NCBI GenBank assembly: GCA_040880525.1
Contig: JBBDIG010000051.1
Span: 4,221-68,220, forward strand
Direction: 5' to 3'
From: Bacteroidia bacterium
Lineage (GTDB): Bacteria; Bacteroidota; Bacteroidia; CAILMK01; JBBDIG01
DNA: 64,000 bases
Program-made: the position numbers and the translations under genes
Notes under the pieces: generated by a model
The model's input: the letters and a program-made list of their open reading frames with translations, nothing else
Told to the model about the DNA's origin: nothing
The model's database searches: none
Part shown: in pieces, positions 51,225 to 60,633 of the stretch
Numbering within the stretch: position 1 is the first letter of the stretch
How the letters are laid out: every line of letters begins with the position of its first letter

Positions 51225-52182
51225 AAACTTAAATATCAGAAAAATTCATATTCGCAATCAATTGCAGCCTGGAGATATTGGGCACATAATTTACCTGCAC
51301 GGTATACTCTACAGCCGGGAGCGCAGTCATGGAATTGAATTTGAGTCCTACGTAGCCGGAGGGCTACATGAATTCTATAGCTCCTACAATCCAAAGCGTG
51401 AGAGGGTGTGGCTATGTGAACACCGGCAACAAATAATCGGATTTCTTTTATTGGCTGACAGAGGCCATTCAGCCCAATTGCGTTATTTCCTTATCATGCC
51501 TGAATACAGGGGTATCGGGCTTGGAAATAGATTAATGCGGTTGTATATGGATTTCATGAAAGAGTGTGGCTACCAGTCATCTTTCCTTTGGACTACCCAT
51601 GAGCTTGGCAGGGCTGCCCATCTGTATCAAAAATATGGCTTCCAGTTTACAGAAGAGATACCATCAACAGCTTTCGGAAAAACACTGAGAGAGCAACGGT
51701 ATGACGTGGTTCTTAAAGAAAGACGTTTTCTGGATCTCACGAACCCAAAAGAGATTTTTGAAAAGCTCAGCCTGCTCCGTCCGGATACTCTTCCACGGTT
51801 TGGCAAAATGAGCGCACAGCACATGGTAGAGCACCTGACATTTGTTATTCTATTCTCCTATGGTAAAGACGCCCAAACGATTTCCGTCTCAAAGGAAGAG
51901 GAAGAGCGATCAAAAAATTTTGTTGTGAACACAGACAAAGAACTACCGGAGGGAATTATGTTTCCGGGAATGGGAGATAACTTACCGCCCTTTACACAAC
52001 CTGATCTGGAAACAGCGATTGGAGAACTCAAAAAGGCATTGCAGGAATTTCACAAGCATTTTTCCTGCGATATCAAAGCTCAAACCGTTCATCCGGTTCT
52101 CGGCCGATTAAATTATCTCGAATGGGTAAAATTCCATAACAAGCATTTTACCCACCACTTTAAACAATTCAATCTATTGTAA
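51214..52182 (+). CDS. GNAT N-acetyltransferase fused to a C-terminal DinB/YfiT-like (DUF1569-type) domain.
   Basis: The N-terminal half has ...FLIMPEYRGIGLGNRLM (GNAT motif A). The C-terminal half has ...MVEHLTFV...HNKHFTHHFKQ (DinB-like His-rich four-helix pattern). Confidence 0.55.
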   Translation: MNTENLNIRKIHIRNQLQPGDIGHIIYLHGILYSRERSHGIEFESYVAGGLHEFYSSYNPKRERVWLCEHRQQIIGFLLLADRGHSAQLRYFLIMPEYRGIGLGNRLMRLYMDFMKECGYQSSFLWTTHELGRAAHLYQKYGFQFTEEIPSTAFGKTLREQRYDVVLKERRFLDLTNPKEIFEKLSLLRPDTLPRFGKMSAQHMVEHLTFVILFSYGKDAQTISVSKEEEERSKNFVVNTDKELPEGIMFPGMGDNLPPFTQPDLETAIGELKKALQEFHKHFSCDIKAQTVHPVLGRLNYLEWVKFHNKHFTHHFKQFNLL

Positions 52183-52190
52183 TCATCCCT

Positions 52191-52598
52191 ATGACAAAAC
52201 ATCCTCTACAAATTAAGCTGAGAATAGACTGGAGCGAACTTGATTTATTTGGTCATGTGAACAATGTAATGTTTTACAAATACATCCAATCAGCCAGGGT
52301 TAAGTTTTGGGAGCAGATAGGGTTGTATGGCATGTATGAAAAGGAAGGTATTGCACCACTGCTTGCATCTGCAAGTATAGATTTTAAAAAACCACTTCTA
52401 TATCCTGGAAATACAATTATCAAATATGCACCGGTTTTTATAAAAAATACCAGTTTTGGTTTGGAATACTCCATTCAGGACGACAATAGTGAAATTGCAG
52501 CCTTGGGTAAAGATACAATGGTGCTTTACGATTTTAATAAAAACAGAAAACTGACCATTCCGGACAACCTGAGAATGAATATAGAGAAACTGAAGTGA
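52191..52598 (+). CDS. Acyl-CoA thioesterase (hotdog fold, YbgC/4HBT-like).
   Basis: WSELDLFGHVNNVMFYKYIQSARVKFWEQIG is a hotdog thioesterase motif. Confidence 0.7.
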   Translation: MTKHPLQIKLRIDWSELDLFGHVNNVMFYKYIQSARVKFWEQIGLYGMYEKEGIAPLLASASIDFKKPLLYPGNTIIKYAPVFIKNTSFGLEYSIQDDNSEIAALGKDTMVLYDFNKNRKLTIPDNLRMNIEKLK

Positions 52599-52661
52599 AA
52601 TATGCCGTGAAAATAGACACTGAGAACTACAGGCAAACCGTCAGTATTCTCTCTGGAGTCG

Positions 52662-52895
52662 TCATGAACCAAAATTTGAACGAATAATGAATGACGTGCT
52701 CTCAGAGCAATCCCGGCAATATGCCCCTATATATTCATTCTTGCTTGTGGAGAAAACTTCAAATGTAAGATCGAAGAAGCCCATATCCCCTTCATCCACG
52801 TGTTCTTTGAATCTTGTCACAAATTCATTTTTCTCCAGTTCTAGCGAAGTGGTTAAATGATCTAAGAGTTTTATCCGCTTAAGAAATTCCTTCAT
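52662..52895 (-). CDS. Small hypothetical protein.
   Basis: Clean 77-aa ORF with no recognisable motif. Confidence 0.3.
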   Translation of the reverse strand: MKEFLKRIKLLDHLTTSLELEKNEFVTRFKEHVDEGDMGFFDLTFEVFSTSKNEYIGAYCRDCSESTSFIIRSNFGS

Positions 52896-53044
52896 GTCCT
52901 TTTAAAAATGTTCATTGGCAAGGTAGGAAATCTTATTTTTTTCAGGCGGAAAATAATGGAGCTTTTCCTAGGACACGCTCCATTCTGATTTTTCCTCAAA
53001 ACCAAAAAAAAGTCTACTTTTCCCTCCTAAAAAAAAATTTACCC

Positions 53045-53635
53045 ATGAAAAATCTTATCCTAATTGTCAGCATGCTGCTGCTTGTGCTGTTTTCCTGTAA
53101 GAAAGATGATGACGACAATGAGCCGGCATCGAACCTGCCATTTCCCGCTCCCACATCTTCCATTCCTATTGACTTTGTCAAGGTAGGCAATTCGTGGACG
53201 TATGAATTGGAGGATTTCTACGGAAACAAAGCCACTCAGGTTGTAACCATTTCCAGCCAGGTTCAAAATGGTGTGTATAAGGTGAAAAACGAACGTGATG
53301 GCGTTGAAGAAGATATGTATTGGTACATAGATGGCAATCTGTTGAAAGCTTGGGATGGCGATGGCGGCTCTATCCGTTATAAGCAAAATGCCAAGATTGG
53401 CGATACCTGGAGCTATAGCAACTCCAGCAATAATGTAGAAACAGAAGTGCTTAGCGTGGATACGGTAATTTTTGTAGATGGCATTGGCAAGAGCTTCAAA
53501 ACTCACCAGTATTATTTAAGCCTGCTGAATAAATTGAATGATCAGACAGATTATTGGTCGCCTGATACCGGCTTGGTTTATTCCGATGCTGGGGGCTGGT
53601 TTACACTGACTTTAGTGGACGCCACGCTAAAGTGA
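53045..53635 (+). CDS. Hypothetical lipoprotein.
   Basis: MKNLILIVSMLLLVLFSCKKDDDDNEP shows a lipobox Cys after the signal peptide. Confidence 0.55.
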   Translation: MKNLILIVSMLLLVLFSCKKDDDDNEPASNLPFPAPTSSIPIDFVKVGNSWTYELEDFYGNKATQVVTISSQVQNGVYKVKNERDGVEEDMYWYIDGNLLKAWDGDGGSIRYKQNAKIGDTWSYSNSSNNVETEVLSVDTVIFVDGIGKSFKTHQYYLSLLNKLNDQTDYWSPDTGLVYSDAGGWFTLTLVDATLK

Positions 53636-53979
53636 GAATTGAACTGAGCCATGCTTTCGTGGAAACGGATTTTTGTGGTAATCTCTTGTAAATATTACCT
53701 GGTGCATAAAGGTGGCGGGCCAGAGACATGGCCTGAGTGGGGCCGATATCTGAGACTGTAAAAACTTGCGCCAGCGGAGTGATATATGCCGCTTTTTAAC
53801 TACTTGATTGTTAAAGTTCCAAGCCGGTAAAACCTCCATTTCAGATAAACAGAAGATGCTGTTATCTTTTCCAGGCCAGCTTGCTCCCGTTTTTTCAGTG
53901 TCCGGTAGATATTAAACCTCCTTCAGCTTTCTTTTTGTGACTGTCCAAAAATTAAACTTTACATTCGCTTCTTTCATAC

Positions 53980-55494
53980 ATGACAACCCGCGCGAAAAAA
54001 ATACTGCTGTTTAACCCCAGGAGTGCAAATTCCAAGTACCGCATTCCAAACTCCATCCTGTCCATTGCTTCTTCGATTGAGGGGCAGTGGGAGTGGACAT
54101 TGGTAGATGGTAACCTGGAATCCGATCCTTTGCAGAAGTTGAGGGAATTCCTTCTGACAGGCGATTACGGTTTTTTCGGCAGTACGGTAATGCCCGGCCC
54201 GCAGTTGAAGCAGGCAATTCCCTTTACCAAACACATCAAGCAGGAGTTTCCGCAGGTGAAAACAATTTGGGGCGGGTATTTCCCTTCCAATCATCCGCAG
54301 GTGGTGCTGGAATCGGGTTTCGTGGATGTGCTGGTGTATGGCCTTGGCGAAGAGAGCTTCCCGCCATTGCTGGAAGCACTGCATACAGGCGCTGCCCTTA
54401 ATGAAATCCCAAACCTCATCTACCCCGAAAATGGGGAAATGGTAAAAACCCGCAAGGCTGATATTCCCAACCCGGGCAAATTACCGCCACTGCCTTACGA
54501 TAAGCTGGATGAATTCTACCCCCTGGAAAAATACCTGGGCAATACTTTTTTGGGTAATCGAACAGTAGCATATCACAGCAGTTATGGCTGTCCGTTTACC
54601 TGCTCTTTTTGTGCGGTAGTGCCCATTTTTGGCGCCCGCTGGAAGGGGAAACCAGCTCAGAAGATCTATGAAGACATCTGCTACCTGAAACAGTATTATG
54701 GTGCAGACGCCATCGAATTTCACGACAACAACTTCTTTGTATCCGAGAAGCGGACGGTGGAATTTGCCCACCTCATTGAAAAGGAGCAGATGCAGTGGTG
54801 GGGTGAAGCCCGTATTGATACCATGGATAAGTACACCGATGAATCGCTGCAACAGGTCAGCGATGCCGGCTGCCGCATGATCTTCTTCGGTGCTGAAACT
54901 GGCGATGATGCCGTGTTGCAAAAGATGAACAAAGGCGGTACGCAAACCGGTGCGCAGATACTGCGCTTTGCAGAAAGATTATCGCACTTCAACATCATTC
55001 CCGAATACAGCTTTGTATTGGGAACGCCTTTTCCCACTGAAAGGCAGGTGTGGGAACAGATCGAAAAAGACATCGCTTTCATTAAGAAGGTGAAGGCGGT
55101 GAATCCGCAAACGGAGATCATCATTTACATTTATAGCCCGGTGCCAACTACGGGTTCCGACCTGTTTGATGAAGTGAGCAGCAGCGGCTTTCTTTTCCCG
55201 CAAAAACTGGAAGACTGGATCAGCCCTGCCTGGGAGAATTTCGACCTCCGGAAAAATCCGCTCACCCCCTGGCTCACCCCGGCAATGGTGAACCGCATCC
55301 GCAATTTTGAGGTGGTGCTAAATGCCCAATACCCCACCGTTTCTGACGTCAAGCTCACCGGGCTTCAGCGCAAGGTGATGCAGGGCCTCAGCAAATGGCG
55401 CTATGAAAATAGTTGGTACCACTGGCCGCTGGAGTTGCGCGTGCTGCAGAGCAAATGGCTGCGCTATCGTCAACCCGAAATAGAAGGGATGTAA
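53980..55494 (+). CDS. B12-binding-domain radical SAM protein (class-B radical SAM; substrate unknown).
   Basis: The N-terminal ~150 aa are flavodoxin-like (ILLFNPRS...ILSIASSI...). The radical SAM cluster motif is YGCPFTCSFCAV (CX3CX2C). Length ~500 aa. Confidence 0.7.
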   Translation: MTTRAKKILLFNPRSANSKYRIPNSILSIASSIEGQWEWTLVDGNLESDPLQKLREFLLTGDYGFFGSTVMPGPQLKQAIPFTKHIKQEFPQVKTIWGGYFPSNHPQVVLESGFVDVLVYGLGEESFPPLLEALHTGAALNEIPNLIYPENGEMVKTRKADIPNPGKLPPLPYDKLDEFYPLEKYLGNTFLGNRTVAYHSSYGCPFTCSFCAVVPIFGARWKGKPAQKIYEDICYLKQYYGADAIEFHDNNFFVSEKRTVEFAHLIEKEQMQWWGEARIDTMDKYTDESLQQVSDAGCRMIFFGAETGDDAVLQKMNKGGTQTGAQILRFAERLSHFNIIPEYSFVLGTPFPTERQVWEQIEKDIAFIKKVKAVNPQTEIIIYIYSPVPTTGSDLFDEVSSSGFLFPQKLEDWISPAWENFDLRKNPLTPWLTPAMVNRIRNFEVVLNAQYPTVSDVKLTGLQRKVMQGLSKWRYENSWYHWPLELRVLQSKWLRYRQPEIEGM

Positions 55495-55662
55495 TGGGTT
55501 TTTTGCCCGCAGCAAGGACTGCCTCACATTAAACGTCATTCTGATCGAAGCGCAGCGTAGAGAAGAATCTGGTGCATTAATAACCTGGGTGCAGCACACC
55601 AACCACTCAGGATGACGAGAGTTTAAAGGAACAGCTAAAAATCAACAAATAATGATATACGG

Positions 55663-55693
55663 TAATAATTTATTGATAAACAATAAATTATTA
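55663..55693. promoter_or_regulatory. Perfect 13-bp inverted repeat (TAATAATTTATTG-N5-CAATAAATTATTA), a putative operator, immediately followed by a TAtcTTTG -7 box (55694-55701) upstream of the DUF2975/XRE operon.
   Basis: The palindrome is read directly. It sits 26 nt upstream of the DUF2975 ATG, overlapping the promoter. Confidence 0.6.
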
Positions 55694-55718
55694 TATCTTT
55701 GTCAAAAAAATATTAGCC

Positions 55719-56267
55719 ATGGAAAGAAATCAGATCCTAAAATTGAGTGTGTTGGTTTTTAAAGCACTTCGTGTTTTTTGCATAATTGCTTTGGGCATTT
55801 TGGCTGTGGTTGCTGTAATGTGGCACATTAGCCCGGATACATTGCAGTCGGTTTACCTTGACAAGGATACTCTTTACTATCAATATTCCGGACAAAGCGC
55901 TGGCACGGAAGCAGAAATTTCCCTCAATGAAATGGGACAGGCCGCCTTTTACTTCAATAGTTTAAAATTAGCGATCATTCTTCTGGTCCTGCTCTACATT
56001 TTTCAACGGGCGCTACGAATTATTCGCTCTATGAAAAGCCTGCAGACCTTCCGTGATAATAATGTGCGGCAATTTCAGAAAATAGGTTCGGCATTTCTGG
56101 TGCTTGCTCTGTTTAATACCTTTTATTTTATGGAAGTTAGTGGCCACGCGGTGATAAACTTTATGGTGCCCTTCAATTCGCTATTGGCGGCCTTACTGGG
56201 ATTTTTATTGGCGGAAATCTTTAAAGAAGGTAACCGCCTGATGGAAGAAAACCAGTTAACCGTTTAG
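55719..56267 (+). CDS. DUF2975-type small membrane protein.
   Basis: Four TM segments. It partners a 69-aa XRE regulator that starts 3 nt after its stop, which is the conserved DUF2975 + HTH gene pair. Confidence 0.6.
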   Translation: MERNQILKLSVLVFKALRVFCIIALGILAVVAVMWHISPDTLQSVYLDKDTLYYQYSGQSAGTEAEISLNEMGQAAFYFNSLKLAIILLVLLYIFQRALRIIRSMKSLQTFRDNNVRQFQKIGSAFLVLALFNTFYFMEVSGHAVINFMVPFNSLLAALLGFLLAEIFKEGNRLMEENQLTV

Positions 56268-56269
56268 CC

Positions 56270-56479
56270 ATGTCCATAATAGTGAACTTAGACGTAATGA
56301 TGGCCAGGCGTAAAATGAGCCTCAATGAGCTATCCGATAAAGTGGGTGTTACTCCGGCTAACCTCAGCATTCTAAAAACCGGTAAAGCTAAAGCAATGCG
56401 CTTTTCCACTTTAGACGCTATATGCCGGGTGTTAGATTGTCAGCCGGGCGACATTCTGGAATTCAGGCAGGAAGAATAG
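56270..56479 (+). CDS. XRE-family (Cro/C1-type) helix-turn-helix transcriptional regulator.
   Basis: MSIIVNLDVMMARRKMSLNELSDKVGVTPANLSILKTGKAKAMRFSTLDAICRVLDCQPGDILEF. Confidence 0.8.
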   Translation: MSIIVNLDVMMARRKMSLNELSDKVGVTPANLSILKTGKAKAMRFSTLDAICRVLDCQPGDILEFRQEE

Positions 56480-56506
56480 CGGCTTAAACCCTGTCTACTC
56501 AGTCGC

Positions 56507-56569
56507 CTGGTTGTGCCGGGCGACCCATTAGTGGGCAGAGCTTTGCCCGGTTTCATGCTCGAAAGCAGT
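56507..56569. repeat. Copy A of a ~63-bp structured direct repeat flanking the HigBA module.
   Basis: ctggttgtgccgggcgacccattagtgggcagagctttgcccggtttcatgctcgaaagcagt. It contains the CCGGGC...GCCCGG inverted pair. Confidence 0.7.
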
Positions 56570-56757
56570 ACTTATACCAGGTTCGCTTGAGCACTGAAAT
56601 CCAAAGCAACTTTGGTATTTTGTAATGGGTGGATTCCTCACTACGGCCAGATGCCTCGAATTTAGCTGTCACCCCCGCAAACAGGGGCGATTGAGGAGGG
56701 GTCTGAAAGTTTCCCCTGCCCTGAAGGACAGGGCTATTGATTAAGGCAAATGGTGCT

Positions 56758-57114
56758 TTAATAATCTGTAATCAATGATTCATAAGGTATCTTTAACTTC
56801 TCATGAAGATTCCTGATCATTTTGAGCGTAAGCTTTCTTTTACGACTAAAAATCTCCGATACCCTGCTTTTGTAACCAATAATTTCAGCTAAATCCTTGT
56901 TGTCCATTCCCATTTGTTCCATTCTAAACTTAATTGCCTCAATCGGATCCGGAACCGGAATTGGATAATGTTCATCTTCATACTTTTCAATCAGTATTGA
57001 TAAAATTTCTGCTTCCTCACCCTCTTCTGAGTTTGCCGGAGCATGGAATAGCTTTTCAAGTCTCTTCAAGGCTTGATTATAGTCTGCTTCAGTTTTTATA
57101 ACTTTAATATCCAT
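56758..57114 (-). CDS. higA: HigA-family antitoxin (XRE HTH). The ORF track extends to 57165; the start is probably MDIKVI.
   Basis: ...IEAIKFRMEQMGMDNKDLAEIIGYKSRVSEIFSRKRKLTLKMIRNLHEKLKIPYESL is a C-terminal HTH. It lies directly downstream of the HigB-like toxin. Confidence 0.7.
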   Translation of the reverse strand: MDIKVIKTEADYNQALKRLEKLFHAPANSEEGEEAEILSILIEKYEDEHYPIPVPDPIEAIKFRMEQMGMDNKDLAEIIGYKSRVSEIFSRKRKLTLKMIRNLHEKLKIPYESLITDY

Positions 57115-57118
57115 AGGT

Positions 57119-57412
57119 TTAAATTTTATCTGCGTCCACTTTGTCGTAATCATTAGGAGTTCCAATGAACCGAATAAACATCCATTGCCTCACATAATTT
57201 ATGTCCACAATCAATCTGTATTTATTGCCACAAATATTAAATACAACACGTCCGCTCTTCAAAATACTCGCGCCTGCATATTCAGTCTTGATTTCAACAT
57301 GACTTTTCCAGTTTGCCGTGGATGCTTCCTTGTACCACGTTTTTAATTGTTCCTCTGAATCAGCATGTTTTTGCCAGAAGTCCCGAAGTATCTTTTTAGC
57401 AATTACTCGCAT
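57119..57412 (-). CDS. higB: HigB-family (RelE/ParE-fold) type II toxin.
   Basis: MRVIAKKILRDFWQKHADSEEQLKTWYKEASTANWKSHVEIK... matches the HigB_toxin pattern. The toxin-first order is typical of higBA. Confidence 0.75.
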   Translation of the reverse strand: MRVIAKKILRDFWQKHADSEEQLKTWYKEASTANWKSHVEIKTEYAGASILKSGRVVFNICGNKYRLIVDINYVRQWMFIRFIGTPNDYDKVDADKI

Positions 57413-57475
57413 TGATTGTCATTAGCTACGAACAAAGATAACAGAAGTTACCAAAACGGTAAAAACGGAAAGCTC

Positions 57476-57540
57476 CCGGCTGTGCGGGGCGACCCATTAG
57501 TTGGTCAGGGCATTGCCCGGTTTCATGCTCGCAAGCAGTT
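57476..57540. repeat. Copy B of the ~63-bp direct repeat.
   Basis: ccggctgtgcggggcgacccattagttggtcagggcattgcccggtttcatgctcgcaagcagtt is about 85 % identical to copy A in the same orientation. Confidence 0.7.
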
Positions 57541-57695
57541 ATCTCTTTTACCTCAACATCCCGCACCGTGTCCCAGCCAAAAAATGATCACTTGTTCATC
57601 TCAATTTTTGAACTTCCATTAAATATATCATGTTGACATTTCGGAGCGCAGGAAACTGACACGAATTCCAAAATTTCATAAAGCTATGGTCAACT

Positions 57696-59177
57696 ATGGC
57701 AGATGAAGGCGGAGGAATGGACAAACGGGGAGTAACCCGCCCCATGATGGGCCACGATTCGCATGGTGACAAGGGCAGTATGGATCGCATGAAAATGCTG
57801 CACATGCACCACAAACAGACGCTATGGGTGTATTGGGCCATCATCCTTCTAGGCGTCTGGCTTGTGCTCTCGCCTCTCACCTTCAGCTACGGGAAGGATG
57901 TTGTACAACCGCCTGGTGGGCGTCTTCTTTGGCTAAGCGATGATATGCGGATAGCGCTGATGGAATGGAGTGACATTATATGCGGTCTGCTGCTCATCTT
58001 TTTCGGTTGGCGCTCACTCACTCCAAACCGCCCAATAACCTTATGGATCGCCTGTTTTATCGGCATCTGGCTCAATTTTGCCCCATTGCTTTTCTGGGCA
58101 CCTAATGCGGTAGCCTACATCAACGGCACAACAGTAGGTGTGCTGATTATTGCGCTCACCATTCTTATTCCTGGTATGCCCAACATGATCACTTATATGA
58201 AAATGGGTTCTGAAGTGCCGCCTGGCTGGAGTTACAATCCTTCGAGCTGGCCTCAAAGGTGGATAATGATCGGGCTAGGATTTCTGGGATGGGTTGTCTC
58301 AAGATATTTGGGAGCTTTCCAACTCGGTTTTATAGATCATATTTGGGACCCGTTTTTTGCTGAGGGAAGCCGAAAAGTGCTTACTTCAAAGATGTCAGAA
58401 TCATTGCCTGTTTCTGATGGCATGCTGGGCGCATTTGCATATACCTTGGAGTTTCTGATGGGATGGATGGGCAGCTCCTCCCGTTGGCGCACCATGCCGT
58501 GGATGGTAACTGTTTTCGGCATCCTTGTAATCCCGCTGGGGCTCGTTCACATTTTCCTGGTGATTTCGCAACCGGTGATAGTAGGCGAGTGGTGTACCTT
58601 CTGCCTCCTTGCCGCGGCTATTATGCTGCCGATGATCCCCCTGGAATTTGATGAAGTGATAGCAATGGGGCAGCACATGGTGCAATCAAAGCGCAGAGGC
58701 GACAATCTTTGGGTGGTTTTCTGGAAAGGCGGGGAACCATTCGAGAAAAACAAAGACGAACGGAGTACAGAGCTGGTGAAACTGCCTCAAAAACCTGGTG
58801 CAGTATTCAAATCTTCTATTTGGGGGATGAGTTTCCCGTGGACGCTGAATTTTGCAGCACTGGCCGGGGTGGCACTGATGGTTGCTCCGGCAATTTTTGG
58901 GGTAAGCATCGAAACCCCTGCTGCCAATATTTTCCACCTCAGTGGCTCTCTTATTATCGTAGTTTCTGTAATTAGCATGGGAGAGATTGTGCGCATATGC
59001 CGCTATCTAAACCTGTTATTGGCCCTTGCTGTGGCTGTAGTGCCCTGGTTTGTTCAAGGCGGAAACATTGGCCTCTTCATTACAGGTATTATTGCTGGCT
59101 TACTGGTTGCGGTGCTTTCCATTCCTACAGGAGTGATTACTGAGAAGTACGGCCTTTGGGATAAATACGTGAAATGA
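57696..59177 (+). CDS. Polytopic membrane protein: a His/Met-rich N-terminus, SPW-repeat-like TM pairs and a central VKOR-like (vitamin K epoxide reductase family) CxxC module.
   Basis: MMGHDSHGDKGSMDRMKMLHMHH is a metal-binding-like stretch. LGVWLVLSPLTFSY and GIWLNFAPLLFWAPN are SPW-like. GEWCTFCLLAAAIML is a CXXC in a TM helix, as in VKOR. Confidence 0.5.
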   Translation: MADEGGGMDKRGVTRPMMGHDSHGDKGSMDRMKMLHMHHKQTLWVYWAIILLGVWLVLSPLTFSYGKDVVQPPGGRLLWLSDDMRIALMEWSDIICGLLLIFFGWRSLTPNRPITLWIACFIGIWLNFAPLLFWAPNAVAYINGTTVGVLIIALTILIPGMPNMITYMKMGSEVPPGWSYNPSSWPQRWIMIGLGFLGWVVSRYLGAFQLGFIDHIWDPFFAEGSRKVLTSKMSESLPVSDGMLGAFAYTLEFLMGWMGSSSRWRTMPWMVTVFGILVIPLGLVHIFLVISQPVIVGEWCTFCLLAAAIMLPMIPLEFDEVIAMGQHMVQSKRRGDNLWVVFWKGGEPFEKNKDERSTELVKLPQKPGAVFKSSIWGMSFPWTLNFAALAGVALMVAPAIFGVSIETPAANIFHLSGSLIIVVSVISMGEIVRICRYLNLLLALAVAVVPWFVQGGNIGLFITGIIAGLLVAVLSIPTGVITEKYGLWDKYVK

Positions 59178-60490
59178 GCGACACATTTCATCGAAACTAT
59201 CAGCTTACCGATGAGGAACTTTTTGATAAGGCCCGATCTATTCTTTATGAAAATATGATCAAAGGTAAGATTGATGTCAGCGGGCGAAATTATCACTATA
59301 CCAGGCCTTCTCCAAGCCGTTACCCGTTCCAGTTCTTCTGGGATACTTGTTTCCATGTATTCATTCTTACGGCACTAGGCGAGTATGATATGGCGAAGGA
59401 GCACATTATCAGTTTGTTTGCCATGCAGCGTGAGAATGGTTTTGTCGGGCACATGATTTACTGGGACCGCATTAAGCCGGGACGGATAACAGATATATTC
59501 CAGGCACGCCCAAAGTTTGTGAACTTTTTTCAAAGCCACATGAGCGAACTGGTGCAGCCACCATTTGTAGCACACGCTGTAGAGCGCATATATCAGGATT
59601 CTGATGACAAAGACTTCCTTAAGGATATGCTTCCAAAGTTGAAGAAATATTATCGATGGCTGGCAGAGAACCGGGATTTTGATGGCGATAAACTTATTAC
59701 AATCATTTCTCCATTTGAATCGGGCATGGATTGGAAGCCCACATACGATGTGGCGATGGGGCGGCCGGAGAGAAAGGCTGATTGGCGTCTCTTCAGCAAA
59801 GTGGTTTGGGTAGATTTCAGGAATTATATCAACAATTATGACCTGGAAAAAATATACAAACAGGAATATTTTTTGGTTAAAGATGTGGGCTTCAACACCA
59901 TATATGCACAAAATCTACAGGCGTTGGCAAGGCTGTGCAGGATTGGTGATGATGAGGAAGCCTTGCAGTTTGATTCACTTGCTGATGAAGTGATCTCAAG
60001 TTTGGTTGATATCATGTATGACAAAGAGGATGAGGCATTTTATGATGTCTTTGGAAAATCGAATAAAAAAATAAGGGTTCTCACGCCCACAATCTTTTAT
60101 CCCATTGTATTGAAGGAGATTCCTGAAAGTATTACCTCAAGCGTGTTGGAGCGCCACTTCTTCAACAGCCACGAATTTGACTCGCCTTACAAAATTCCCT
60201 CAGTTTCCATAAGTCATCCTTCGTTCAATCCGAAAGAATCGTTATACATCTGGAGGGGGCCGGTATGGACGATAAACAACTGGTTCATGCATCAATACCT
60301 GCTGGATAAAGGCCACGCTGTAGAAGCTGACAGGCTTATCAAAGACATCAGGAGTTTGATTGAAAAGAGTGGTTTCAGGGAGTATTATGATCCTTTTACA
60401 GGAGAGGGGTATGGAGCGCGGGATTTTACATGGGCAGCCCTCATTGTGGACATGATAAAGACACAGGAGAAAAAAACTTCCCAAAAATGA
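59174..60490 (+). CDS. (alpha/alpha)6-barrel glycoside hydrolase (GH63/GH37/mannosylglycerate-hydrolase-like).
   Basis: RYPFQFFWDTCFH near the N-terminus and REYYDPFTGEGYGARDFTWAA near the C-terminus resemble conserved catalytic-end motifs of trehalase/GH63-type enzymes. The ATGA start overlaps the upstream stop. Confidence 0.5.
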   Translation: MSDTFHRNYQLTDEELFDKARSILYENMIKGKIDVSGRNYHYTRPSPSRYPFQFFWDTCFHVFILTALGEYDMAKEHIISLFAMQRENGFVGHMIYWDRIKPGRITDIFQARPKFVNFFQSHMSELVQPPFVAHAVERIYQDSDDKDFLKDMLPKLKKYYRWLAENRDFDGDKLITIISPFESGMDWKPTYDVAMGRPERKADWRLFSKVVWVDFRNYINNYDLEKIYKQEYFLVKDVGFNTIYAQNLQALARLCRIGDDEEALQFDSLADEVISSLVDIMYDKEDEAFYDVFGKSNKKIRVLTPTIFYPIVLKEIPESITSSVLERHFFNSHEFDSPYKIPSVSISHPSFNPKESLYIWRGPVWTINNWFMHQYLLDKGHAVEADRLIKDIRSLIEKSGFREYYDPFTGEGYGARDFTWAALIVDMIKTQEKKTSQK

Positions 60491-60633
60491 AAGCATTCCC
60501 AAGACGGAAAAAAGACGGGAGATATTGATCATCGCCCGGTTGGCTAAGATGGGAAGGCCAGTTTGCAATACTGACAGCGAAAAATACTTTCCAAAATCTT
60601 GTGCATAAAATTGAATTGGAAGAATAAAAGACC

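Noticed and set aside
53640-53980. Cobalamin riboswitch upstream of the B12-binding radical SAM gene.
   Set aside because: No B12-box (GCCACTG-like) or the conserved GGTG...AANTCC core was found. The region instead contains a degenerate copy of the Z repeat module.
56507-57540. Interpreting the 63-bp repeats flanking higBA as integron attC sites (a gene-cassette array).
   Set aside because: I found no canonical RYYYAAC/GTTRRRY core sites and no nearby IntI integrase. The repeats are direct and structured but do not meet attC criteria by eye. Reported only as a repeat-bracketed cassette.
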